Assembly: GCA_025558095.1 (NCBI GenBank)
Contig: JAIVFI010000035.1
Span: 124,001 to 188,000, forward strand
DNA from: Hyaloraphidium curvatum SAG 235-1
Taxonomy: Eukaryota > Fungi > Monoblepharomycota
Reading direction: 5' to 3'
Length of the DNA stretch: 64,000 bases
The notes beneath the pieces were generated by a model, which made no database searches, was not told where the DNA came from, and saw only the letters and a program-made list of their open reading frames with translations. The first letter of the stretch is position 1, and each line of letters opens with the position of its first letter. The position numbers and the translations under genes are program-made. Positions 32,237 through 43,406 of this stretch are shown here, one piece after another.

Positions 32237-33514
32237 CTTAGGCTCTCGCCTGAAGAGTCGCTCTAGCAGCTTGGAGTTCTCTCCCTCAGCAACCCTCCGC
32301 ATCCTCTTCTCCAACTTCTTCCGCTCCTTCTCCAGCTCCCGCGTCTTCCCCTGGTACTCCTTCTTCCACTCGTCCTTCTCCATGAGGGATCGCAGCTCAA
32401 GAAGGCGTGACAGCTTCCGATCGATCTCGGCCCTCTCTGCCGAGTCCGCAAAGCCGTTGAGGAACTTGTCCGCCTCTTCGTGTACGCTGACCTTGTCGTA
32501 CTTCTTCTTTGCGACCTTGTTCACCGCTGCCATGATCTGGATGAGCCGGTTGCACTTGTCGGATCCAGCTTGAAGTTGCTCGTACTCTTGCATTGCCTCC
32601 TTGACCCAGGGCTCGTCGTAGAGGTTTCGCATTATTGCGAGGAAGTGGAAGTCGCACGGCACGGGCTTGCAGTGCGGCTTGTTCTCCTTCGCAGCTGGTC
32701 GCACGAGGTTGGCCTTGATGGTCAGGCTCAGGGCCATGTGGTCTGAGGTGACAACCCAGCCTTCCTTCACAAATGCAAGCTGGGTGACCGTCCCGTAGCG
32801 GCTCTGCGGCACGATTGCGTAGTCCAAGGTGCTGTCCCGCTCGCCATCCTTTCCTGCGCGAGTTGTTGCCCCCGGCTCGAGGCGCCCATTCAGGATCACC
32901 AGCTCCTCCTCGTGGCACAGTGCAAGTAGCTGTTTCCCCCTCCGATCCGTGCGCTGCTCCGACCGGATTACACGCTTTCCGAAGCTCGTGCCACGCACGT
33001 CGCTGTTTGCCTCGCTTATCCCCACATGTGCGTTCAGGTCCCCGATCACGATCGGCATGTCGCACCCAGCCACAATCCCTGAGAACCTCGACCACATCTC
33101 GTCCTGCGTGACTATGTCCTGCGTTGGCGTCGGCGGTATGTACGCCCCCAGCACGTTCACTCCGCCGACTTGGATCTGCACGACGTCCAGGATCGGGTCC
33201 AAGTCTGTCCGTACGGTGTGCGGTAGCTCCTTTCGCACAAAGACCGTCAACCCTCCTCCACCATGCTCCGAGCAGCTCTTCTCATAAACCTCGAACGTTT
33301 CCAGTACCGCGGCAACCTCTGCGCGGATGTCGTTGTTGCTCATATGCTCCTCCCAAGTCCGCTTCTTGCCTTTGCCCGTCCACCTTGCTTCAGCGAAAAC
33401 GACGATATCGTACTCTACAATGTGTAGCAGCAGCTCACGTATAAAGAGGCTCTTCTCGAGCTTCCGCTCGACGTTTTGGTACAGTATCTTGAGGCATGTC
33501 CGAGTCTCGCTTTC

Positions 33515-34889
33515 CTAGCCGCGCGCAAGACGCTCTCCAGCGTTCGCGCGTGCAGTCTGGCGCGTCTCCCAAAGCTCACGCGACTTTGCTTCAATCTTTT
33601 CCATGGTGAGCGTCGTTTCCAGGCCTGTTTCCGGCGGCGTGTAGACGATCTTCGGGCCGTCGCGGCGGAAGGGAATCCCATCCTTCTCCATCTGTTGGAC
33701 CAGGTGGTACTGCGCAGTAGACCGGTTCTTCTGCATCCACGTCTTCTCGCGGCTCGCGTACGCAGCCAGGTGCTTCAGGGCTCCAGCCTCGTTGAGCCGA
33801 ATGAGCGTCTCCCGGTCCTCCTTGGTCGAGAACGTGAGCTGGTCAAGAGGTCAAAGGTGCGATTTCCCGTGAGGTACCACTTGTCCACCACGATCTCCTT
33901 GAGCGGAGCGCATCGGTCCGCTGAACGAGCGCCTCACGGTCCTTGTGGTCGTGCGGCAGGTCGAGGGCGCAGCGCTTGAGGAGGTCACGGGCGCCTTCTC
34001 CGGTCTTCGCACTTTCGGGCGCCCGGCGGATCCTCCCTTTGCACACGAGCGTCTCCTTTATGGCACGCTCTTGATCGCGCTCTTCGGGCGTTTGTGGTCC
34101 GACGGCCCAAGGGTCCGGCTCAGCGATAGGAGCGGCGGTAGTCGGCCTCCGCGGGCCCCTCTTCCGAGTTGTGGTCCACCCCGTTCCCGCGGGCGCTTCT
34201 TCGGCGAGCAGAAGCGCTTCCTCGATCTTTTTCGTCTCGATCGCGGCCCACTGCGTGTTATCGGCGTGAACCTTGGCCATGTCGGCGAGTGCCTTCATCG
34301 CGTCCAGCTTGCGGTCGAGGCGGACCTCCGACTCGCGGTTGGCCTTCTCCAGCTCGCTTATCCGCGCTTCTTGCGCGCGAATCGTTGCCATCGCGTCTAG
34401 AAGCTGCGCGCTCTGGGCTCCAATGAGCGCTTCCTGAGCGTCCAGGCGAGACCGCATGTCGCGCATCCCGTCCGCGAGCTTCGCGATTTGATCCGCTCCT
34501 CCATTCTCGACGGGAGTGACGCTCAGCCTTTGAACATAAGTGCGGACGGTCGGCCGCCGAGCGGAGCCGGGTAGTTGAGGGGAGATTCGGGGCGGTTGGT
34601 TGTTTGGCCCCGCAACCGCCGTCGTGTTGTCGACCCGAATCTCGGCACAACCGGCGGGCGTTGGCCCCGCTGTTGCCCGCGGTGGTCCGCCGATACGTTT
34701 GGTGGGTGGTATAGGGGGTTGCGAGGGTTCCCGGGGGGGCGGTGTGTCTGGCGCTGGGGTCTTCGCGCCAGACTCGCTCGCGGGGTCACGCTGAGAAGCA
34801 CGAGACCTCGCAGCGCCCAGAGGTTGCTCCAAGACTCTCAAGCGGCCCAATGAGCCGCTTTGGAGGTTCTGGAGCTCCCTCAGAGCCAT
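33515..34889 (-). pseudogene. inner LINE ORF1 (Pro-rich N-terminus, coiled coil, basic C-terminus) with two small frameshifting duplications
   Basis: ATG 34889 (MALRELQ); heptad-like IAKLADGMRDMRSRLDAQE...ISELEKAN; the frame is restored by removing the duplications at 33901-33910 and 33841-33854. Confidence 0.75.
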
Positions 34890-34926
34890 GATCTTCGGGG
34901 TGGATGTGTTTGGTGAGGAATAGTTT

Positions 34927-36170
34927 GGATACCTCACCGTGTAAAGCTCATGTACAGGGACCAGGAGCTGAAGAGGGTTGACAGCTTCAAGCTTCTGGGG
35001 TATCAGCTGACCTCAACCGGCCGGAGCAAGGACCATGTGCATGGCAGAGAGGCCAAGATGAACGCTGCTTATGGCTCTGGCTCCGTGACATCAGGGAGCA
35101 GCCTGGGATGAGTCCTGACCTCCAGCTCAAGCTCTACAACACAAAGGTCAAGGCAGTGGGCCAATATGGGAACCCATTCATTGTTGAGATGCCGAAGGAG
35201 GAGTACCTTGCCGGGGAAAGCACCAGGGACAAAGTGACATGCATGGCTCTTCGTGCCGTCACTCATCTGCCCAAGTCTACCTCCCTGGCCTGTCTGTATG
35301 CGATCACTGGCCAGTACCCCCTTGCAGTTCATGACCACGAGTCGGCACTCAAGTTCCTCATGCGCATCAAAACAGCGGATCCTGCGCTGTACCTACTTTA
35401 CAAAGAGCTCAAGATCGAGGCACTGAAGGGGTCCTGGAACTGGGCTGCCTTCCTGAGGGAACTACTTGTATACTATGGTGGCGAAGATGGGAAGGAGATG
35501 TGGGAGAAGGACACTGTCTCATGGCCCAAGGAGACTGTGGAGAATCTTGTGAAGGGCAAGTTCAGGGAGATCAATGCCCAGAGGCTCAAGGACAACGACA
35601 AACTGCACTTTTGGAGGATGTGTGACATGACCTTTGGCCACATCGGACCATCCTTGATCCGGGTGGAGAAGCACCGGAGGGATGTCCAAAAATTGCTGTG
35701 CTCTACCCACGACCTGGAGGTGGAGACAGGCAGGCACCAAGGACTTGAGGTGCAGCAGAGAACGTGCAAGCATGACCCTGAGCACATTGGAGACGAACAA
35801 CACTTTCTGTTTCACTGTTCAGCAAATGCGGAGCGGCGCCAGAAGCTGCAGACTAGATTGGACGCACTAGGCCGGGAGTGGAACATGGAGACCTGGCTCT
35901 GGGCTCTTAGCATCAAGGAGTTCGAGCCCACGATCAAAGCGAGGCGGCAGAAGGAGAAGGCCCTCAACTCCATTGCCAGCTTCATCTCAAAGTCCATGAA
36001 GGACAGGAAAACTGGGAAAATGAAAAAGACACACGACGACGATGAACTTTGCAATTAGCAGCAAACTCATGGTGTAACAGCCGATGAACTTTGCAATTAG
36101 CAGCAAACTCATGGTGTAACAGCGGCCAAGCCAGGGGCAGGTCCGGGTCACCAATACTATTCTATTCTAT
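34927..36170 (+). mobile_element. LINE outer copy, right part with 3' UTR and (CTATT)n tail
   Basis: Continues IPHRVKLMY; stop at 36058; 42-bp tandem duplication at 36040-36123; ends CTATTCTATTCTAT. Confidence 0.95.
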
Positions 36171-36714
36171 GGGTCATCTAGGGACTTGTCATCGCAAGGG
36201 AATGGACAACGGGTCAACGTGAAACTGTTGCTCTCCCCATCCCGTCCATCTGAGTTCAGACCTGGTTCAGACCACTGGGGCTACGTCTTCCCCACGCCCC
36301 ATAGCCACTCCAACATGCGGAATATTTTGGACCTGCAGGCGCGGTGCATTGGGCTGGCACTATACCCAAGGGGGCATCCCCGTGCCGGCCAGGCCATTAA
36401 GCTGACTGACCCCGAGTGGATGAATGCCATGGTGATTACACTGATGAGCAACCTGGCCAAGCAAGGAGGCCTACAACATGGATGCTGCTGTTGCCTACGC
36501 TTTGCGTACCGGCAAAACCCTCCACCTGATCACCTGATCAAGGCAGTTGACAGCCCCACCAAGCCAGGGAAATCCAAAACAAACCCCAATCCATAGCCGA
36601 GCTGTTCCGAGCCGCGCTCTGACGGCTCTGACATTAGCGGACAAGAAGCAGCTGCTTGCATTGCCGGACAGCAGCTTCAAGTACAGGTCCGGTTACCTTC
36701 CATGAGTTGAGGGC

Positions 36715-37146
36715 ATCAATGCCCAGAAGCTCAAGGACAGTGACAAGCTGCACTTCTGGAGGATGTGCGACTTGACCTTTGGTCACATTGCACCGTCGCT
36801 GATCGGGTGGAGAAGCACCGGAGGGACGTCCAGAAGCTGCTCTGCTCTACCCACGACCTGGAGGTGGAGACAGGCAGGCACCAAGGACTTGAGGTGCAGC
36901 AGAGGATGTGCAAACATGACCCTGAGCACATTGGAGATGATCAACATTTTCTGTTCAGCAAATGCAGAGCGGTGCCAGAAGCTGCAGACCAGACTGGAAG
37001 CACTGGGCCGCAAGTGGAACATGGAGACCTTGCTCTGGACTCTCAGCATAAAGGAGTTCGAGCCCACAATCAAAGTGAGGCGGCAAAAGGAGAAGGCCCT
37101 CAACTCCATTGCCAGCTTCATCCAAAAGTCCATGAAGGACAGAAAA
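36715..37146 (+). mobile_element. older degraded 3' fragment of the same LINE family
   Basis: Matches 35570-36011 with substitutions and frameshifts; lacks the UTR and tail. Confidence 0.9.
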
Positions 37147-37148
37147 CG

Positions 37149-37702
37149 GCCATTGCGGAGGTGGAGCGTTGCTGGCCGACGGCACTGTTGTTGGTCGGTC
37201 CCCCCGTTGCCCCGCTGCAGAGTGAAAGGGTCCGGCAGGCCTTCAGCACGAGCCTGGTGAGTGCCGATGCGTTGCCCGGCAAGTTCGGGGTTTTGTGGTG
37301 CGGTTCAACCATCGTGATTTGGGGACCTCCGGGGGCCTTTTGCTCGGTGTTGTGCACCATACTCCAGCCACGTTGCGAGATCGCCTTATGCACCACCCGG
37401 TGCCACCCACCCCCATAAAGGCCGGCCCGGGCCCTGTCCCAGGCAGTCCCGCTGGGAAGAGAGCGCTGGGTCTTACTGTAGCAGAAATGATGCAGGATGG
37501 AAACAACTAGAACCTGGCTCATCCGTTTTCCTGCCATCCGAAAGGCAAAGATTTTTGGGGCAAACGGGCAGCCATTGTCCATGGCACAATGTAAGGCTGC
37601 TTCCAGAAGCATATGACCAAGCAGTCTCCAGCAGCAACTTGCCAAGCAGTGTCCGCTAACAAGGGCTGGAGCCGAATCATGGCAGAACGTCATGCTTCGT
37701 GC
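37149..37702. repeat. about 550-bp inverted repeat, copy 1 (partner 48271-48825)
   Basis: Reverse-complement match seen in the DNA and in shared spurious ORF translations. Confidence 0.92.
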
Positions 37703-37959
37703 TAATGATTGGAGTTTGATGAGATCATCATAGTTTGGTTCCTTGGTTCATAGAGCTTTGGCCTGCTTACATTGCAATTTATGCTTGCCTTGCCAAGGAA
37801 GGCAGCAGGTTATAGTTGTCCTACACGCACCAACCGTGCAAGAATTTGTCAACGGTCCATCTCCCCATGGAAACGACAAGAAAGCATGGCATTGACTTAG
37901 CATTCACATTGGTACTTGGGGTATCAACAGGCAAACCTGTTCACATCGGAAAACTCAGC

Positions 37960-39729
37960 CTAGCTTGCAGAAGATGCAGGAGCTGTCAATCTGACACGGA
38001 ATTGCAAACACGGCCCTTTGGCTGGGGATGCACTGCCATGCCCCTTTTCACAGCCCTGATGATGCACAATCAGAGTGCTCAACGACACTGACCAGCAGGT
38101 TGACGTACTGGGCAATTGGACAGCACATCGTGAACAAAAAGATCACAATCCAAGCAGAACCAATTGAGGCACTTTGGGCATTCGAACCTGCCACTTGTTG
38201 CCTGGAGAAGATTGCTAGGTCGGCTAGCAGGTTGGGTGCCTCCAACACCCGACGATGAAGTGGCGCCCCTGTTCTGTGATGACTGTTGCAACGGCGCTTT
38301 TGGCGCAGTCACAAGCAAATCAAAGGGCTGTCCACATCCAGAACAAGACGTGGGAGACTGGGATGTCACGCTGAACAAACGTAAACGGATCGCAAGGGGA
38401 AACATCAAGCACGCAGCACCTTGAAAGGGCAACCTCCTGATAGTTCCCAACAGGAAAAAGGTGATGGTAGCTTCGCGCCAGGTGAGGGCTCGATACCAAG
38501 GTGAGTCCACATATGGGACAATCCATGGGCACTTCGCAAACTTTGGCAAGGCACCTCGGGCATATGTAGCCGTGCCTTGTGGGTTGATTGTGGCTGCAAA
38601 GCTCATCATCAGCCTAGAAACTGGCGCTCAGCAACACTGGCTCACGCACTCCATGCACAACGACACGCTGTCCTCCTCGACCCTGTTGGGAAAGCCCATC
38701 ACCATCATGTTGGAGCCGTACATCTGCTGCAGTTGTTCGGTGACAGGCGGAGGGGGCACAAGGTCGAGCATCAAATCTTTCAGGTGGGCCTCATGCAAAG
38801 CCACGGCAAAGGTCCCTGCAGCATCCCGAAAGTCAGGTGCCTTTTCTAGGCCGAGCGGGACGGTCCAACCTCCCGTGTCCTTGGCAAGCACCTTGCACAC
38901 ATGGACCTCGGCTGCAAGCCCGATGACTGAGCAGCGAATGCCATCCCGCCGAAAGTGTGCTACCGTCTCGTAGATGTCTCCAGGATCGCACGAAGTCAGG
39001 GAACCCATGATCACCAAAACCTCTCGGAGACCTTGGGACGGCGTCCGGCTAGAGTTCGGAACAACAATCCGTCGGCTGACCGCAGCGGAGCAGCCGCAGA
39101 GCTTACAGAAAACTGCCGCGAGCGAGCTCCAACGCGTTTTGCAGCGACGGCTCTCCTCGCACTTCTTTGTTCGCCTTGTTCCTCAGCGCCGCGATGTGCT
39201 CCGTCGCGTTCCCTAGAATGCCACAAAGAACTGCGCTCAGGAAGTTGTCCACGGAAGTGCCATGGACCCTCGCGCACCGCCCAGGTCGGTCAACTTCTCC
39301 GCCAGGCCGTCCCGAGTGACGATAATCCCCAGCTGACTGATCGGATTCTGGTCGAAGAACTCGTTGACAAACTGCTCCGCCAATGCAAAGACCAGGTCGA
39401 TACGCGTCGGCTTCAGATCCGGTTCCAGCATGGAGCGGGAGACGTCAATGACCAGGTAGAGGTGCCGAACGATCCCGCGCTGGATTGCCTTTGTGTCCCT
39501 GAGCCTGTCGCGCCGCCGCATCAGACATCACAGCTTCTCGGCCTGCATGTGGTGCTCGCCTTCGACGCTTCAGCTGTTGCTGCAGCTGAGCGACGACGCC
39601 CCGGAGCGAGCCCGATTCGTCCTCCTGGAGCACCTCCCAGCTTCTCCGGTACTCATCCTCCCAGCTGTAGCCTCCCGCAAGTCCGGCATTGAGCCCCCCT
39701 TCATCATCGTCGCCCAGCCCCCGGTTCAT
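37960..39729 (-). CDS. SSL1: TFIIH subunit Ssl1/p44 (spliced)
   Basis: [12 protein letters not shown]; [14 protein letters not shown]; [12 protein letters not shown]; [11 protein letters not shown]; [23 protein letters not shown]; [17 protein letters not shown]. Confidence 0.95.
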
Positions 39730-39815
39730 CGCGAACCAGGGGGCAGCACGGCCGTCGGCGGAATAATGCGCGTTTGATCGACGCGCAGATCGACAACCGA
39801 AACAACGACCACACC

Positions 39816-42340
39816 ATGGGCGCCAAGCGCCCGCCCGGGCCCGGAGCCCTGGCTGGGCGCCGGAAACGCCCTAAGCAGGCCCCAACCGACATTGTCGAGG
39901 AGCTCGTGGAGGCGGACATGGACCGTTGGGGCTGGCAAAAGGTCCAGATCCCGGCGGCCGCCAATGCCGCCGACGAAGACTTGGGCGGACTGTTCATGCT
40001 GGAGGAGCTCGATGGCGTGGACGTTCAGCTTCGACACGGCGATCATGGGACTGCGACGTCCCTTACCTTTCGGAGGGTGGGGAAGTCAAAGAAGGGAAGC
40101 GCCGCACGCGAGACCGGCGCCGGGCTTGAGGCAGACCCCGTGGCCGGCCTCGACTTCATAAACATCGATGACTTTAAGGAGGATGGTCGCTCGGGGCCTG
40201 GTGGTGGCAAGAAGAAGAACCGTGGTTTGGTCAGCGAGGGGGAGCAGGGACGGGCGGACAAAGCCACGGCGGGCAAGAAGCGGTCCCGCGAGAGACCACC
40301 CGAGAAGGATATGCCTACGTCTGCCGCGCCTACCGACTCTGAGGACGTCGAGGCGCCTCTCGCCGCCGCCAGTGAAGAGGCAACCAGCGAGGAGGTAGTT
40401 GTTCCGCCGGAATGGGCCCCTTTCAAGCTGTCGGACTTGGTTGTTCGGGGCCTTCTCGACCTGGGTTTTTCCAAGCCGACCCCGATTCAGGCAAAGTGCC
40501 TGCCCGTAGCCATGCAGTGGAAGCGGGATGTCGTGGGAACCGCCGAGACGGGTTCCGGCAAGACTTTGGCGTTTGGCCTGCCCATCATCGATTACCTGGC
40601 ACGTCAGGAGGATGCGGGCAGGAGACAGGCCACTGCGGCACTCATTCTAACCCCCACCCGGGAGCTTGCGTTGCAAGTTTCGGACCACCTCGGCAGAGTC
40701 AGCAGGCACGCGAACGCGAGGGTGGGTGTGGTCACCAAGTGGGCTGCGAGTACGGCTGACTGCGCACTGTGGGTTCAGATCGCCGTCGTGGTTGGCGGCA
40801 TGTCGGAGCAGAAGCAGCAGCGGTTGCTACATGCTGTGCCTGACGTTGTGGTTGCAACCCCTGGTCGGCTCTGGGAACTGGTGTCTGGCTCCGATGAACT
40901 GCTCGCTCAGCTTCGGAACGTGCGGTACCTTGTGCTGGACGAGGCCGATCGCATGCTGGAATTTGGGCACTTTGCGGAGCTCTCATCGATCCTCAAGGCG
41001 ATTGCAAGGAGGTGTGTGTGTCTGCACGCCGCTCGGCTGGATGAGGGGACCTGATGTAAGGCAACAGCCCCGCGCAGGACTCGCAGGACTCTTCCGTGCC
41101 CCAGCGACAGACTTTTGTCTTCTCGGCGACCTTGGCAAAGGCCGATTTCGCCAACAAGAACGCTGCCCGGTCAGCAAAGACGAGGGAAAAGGGAGTAACG
41201 ATGGGTTGGTGGAAGCCGCCGAGACGGGTACCTTTCATCTGACGTCTGGGCTGCTAGCGGAGCTGCTGCGGAGGATTGATTTTGGGCCGGAAAAGCCTGT
41301 GCGGATTGACCTCACGCGGGAACGGCTGGTCGCATCCGGTCTGAAGGAGCTGCAGATCCACTGCCTTCCGAAGAACAAGGTTGGTCCACGCACTCGGAAC
41401 CATGCACGTAGCCGCCGAACTGACTCACTCAGGATGCATACCTCTACTACTCTCTGCTGGAGTTCCCGGGCAGGACCCTGGTGTTTGTCGCGAGCATAGA
41501 CTCGGTCAGCCGATTGGCTGGATGGCTCAAGATGCTCCGGATCGCCTGCTTCCCGCTGCACGGGAAGCTGCAGCAGCGCCAGCGCCTCAAGAACCTCGAC
41601 AGGTTCGTCGTGGATGGCAGCAAAGTGTGGGCTTGTTTGCTGACGGCGTGGTTAGGTTCAAGACCAGCGCCCGGGGCGTCCTCATTGCAACGGACGTTGC
41701 GGCACGCGGCTTGGACATTTCCGGGGTGCAACACGTGGTCCACTACCATGTGGCTCGCAACGCACAGGTGCGTGTCTGGCTGGTTGTTTGGCCGCGTGCT
41801 TCTCACGTGAGCCTCGCCAGACGTACGTGCACCGCTCTGGCCGGACTGCCCGCGCTGGGAACGAAGGCACGAGCGTGTCCTTGGTGGCTCCGGAGGAGGT
41901 CAAGACCTTCAACGACATGTGCCACACGCTCAAGAAAGGCGGGATGCCGGAGTTTCCCGTCGACAGGGTGCGGTTAGCGGCTCTTCAAAAGCGGGTCGTT
42001 CTCGCGGTCTTTATTGAGAAGGCGGAACATTCTTTGCAGCAGGTGCGCATTCGAAGAATGATGACGTCTGGGCGTCGCACGCTAACGTTTGCGGCCATGC
42101 AGGACGCCAGCAACAAATCGTGGGTGGAAAAGATGGCGCAAGAGATGGACATCGAGCTCGACGATAGCTTGTGGGTCGCATTTGCCGTGCCGATCGCATC
42201 CGTGTTCCTAACTCCAAGGCACGCGCTCATTCAGGAAGGCAAAAGAGGACGAAGAGGGCGGTCGCCAGGGCAAGGGCAAGAAGAAGCAGCAGGCACAGAT
42301 CAAGGCCATGAAGAGCGAGCTCGCTGCCCTTATGGCCTAA
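39816..42340 (+). CDS. MAK5: DEAD-box RNA helicase Mak5/DDX24 (spliced)
   Basis: [59 protein letters not shown]; N-terminal LEELDGVDV. Confidence 0.9.
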
Positions 42341-43128
42341 GTACCGCTGCGGCGTGCTCTTTTTCTCGGTGGCGGTCGAGGTGCAATTTCTGCGTGACCT
42401 TCGGGCGAAGCCGATCTTGAATCGCGGACCTTTTCCGCAGCACGCTGGCGGCGGCTCCTTTTCCGTTCGGATCGCTCCTTGTCGGAGATATCCGCTTCTC
42501 CTACGCCGGTCTCTATCGCGCCGCGAACGGCCTGGCGCCAACCGTGGTCAGCGATGTGCAGGTCCCTCTCTAACAACGTTATGTGCTTGCAAGGACGGAT
42601 TTTGCCCCTGACGCGGAAGTCGATGCACTCGCAGGATGCTTTGGAATCGGTGAAGCTGACGATGTAGTGGTTCCCGGTGCTGCCAATGACCACGAACTCG
42701 ACTCTCGAATCGGGCCCCTCCTCAATGTAGTCTACGAGGCCCCCGAGTCCGAGCTCTCCGAGCTTTTGCTCCAAGTCGTACGGGGCCTTTGTTGACAACG
42801 TCCGTTTCGCGGTCGCCGGCTTCTCTGTCTCCACGTCCTCTGGCTCGTGGACCGCGCACGAACTGTGGTCCCCTTCTTCGGCTGGCTTCAGGCAAGTCGG
42901 GCAGAACTCGGGGCTTTCCTTCCTTATGCGCCGCGAGCTCCGCCGTGCCTCCTCCGGGACCTCTGTCGGCTGCCGCTGCACTCGCGGTCGCGGCGGCTTG
43001 TGCGGCTTCTCGGGCGTCGGAACGGAAACGGCAGGGGCCCAGGAGTCGCGCTCAATTCCGAGGTTCCGGAGGATCTGGCGGTTGCGCTCGATGATGGCCG
43101 CACGCCGGACTTCGTAGTCCGAAAGCAT
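42337..43128 (-). CDS. SWIM zinc-finger protein
   Basis: [13 protein letters not shown]...SCECIDF...PCKHI; N-terminal [23 protein letters not shown]. Confidence 0.8.
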   Translation of the reverse strand: MLSDYEVRRAAIIERNRQILRNLGIERDSWAPAVSVPTPEKPHKPPRPRVQRQPTEVPEEARRSSRRIRKESPEFCPTCLKPAEEGDHSSCAVHEPEDVETEKPATAKRTLSTKAPYDLEQKLGELGLGGLVDYIEEGPDSRVEFVVIGSTGNHYIVSFTDSKASCECIDFRVRGKIRPCKHITLLERDLHIADHGWRQAVRGAIETGVGEADISDKERSERKRSRRQRAAEKVRDSRSASPEGHAEIAPRPPPRKRARRSGT

Positions 43129-43406
43129 GGCGCGGACTGGAAGGTCAGTTAGAGCGGGCGCCAGGTGCGGTCGATCAACGGGTGGATCAGCGAATTGGAG
43201 CGCCGGAGGGCGCTTCACAGATTCCATCCTTATTGTAGCTTTGGCAAGACCATCATCCATCCATCGTGGTTTTCGAATGGGGTGGGAGGGTTCTCCGTGG
43301 CCCAATGGCCATGGCCGGTCGCAAATCCCGACAATTTTCAAGAGTCACGAAACAACCGAAACGACGACAGCGCCCGTAACTACAACCGCGTTGCGGGACA
43401 AGCCAG

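Larger units (their letters stand above)
26661..33514 (-). pseudogene. inner LINE ORF2 (APE-RT with C-terminal C..H..C region), split by Copia and by a TAG at 27378-27380
   Basis: Begins LKILYQNVE...DIVVFAE; FRREPK|GYYQ is interrupted at 28892-32241; VHDH*SALK versus VHDHESALK in the outer copy; HDLEVETGRH...CKHDPEHIGDEQHFLFHC. Confidence 0.9.
26552..34926 (-). mobile_element. LINE, inner near full-length copy (about 5.0 kb without the Copia insert), same family, antisense
   Basis: Tail (CTATT)n at 26549-26562; GGATA duplicated at 26547-26551 and 34927-34931; ORF1 plus APE-RT ORF2 nearly identical to the outer copy. Confidence 0.93.

Noticed and set aside
36186-36596. ORF with QGGLQHGCCCC, faintly endonuclease-VII/HNH-like, possibly the original LINE target
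   Set aside because: Motifs are incomplete, and rejoining the flanks at 24543/36170 gave no convincing long ORF.
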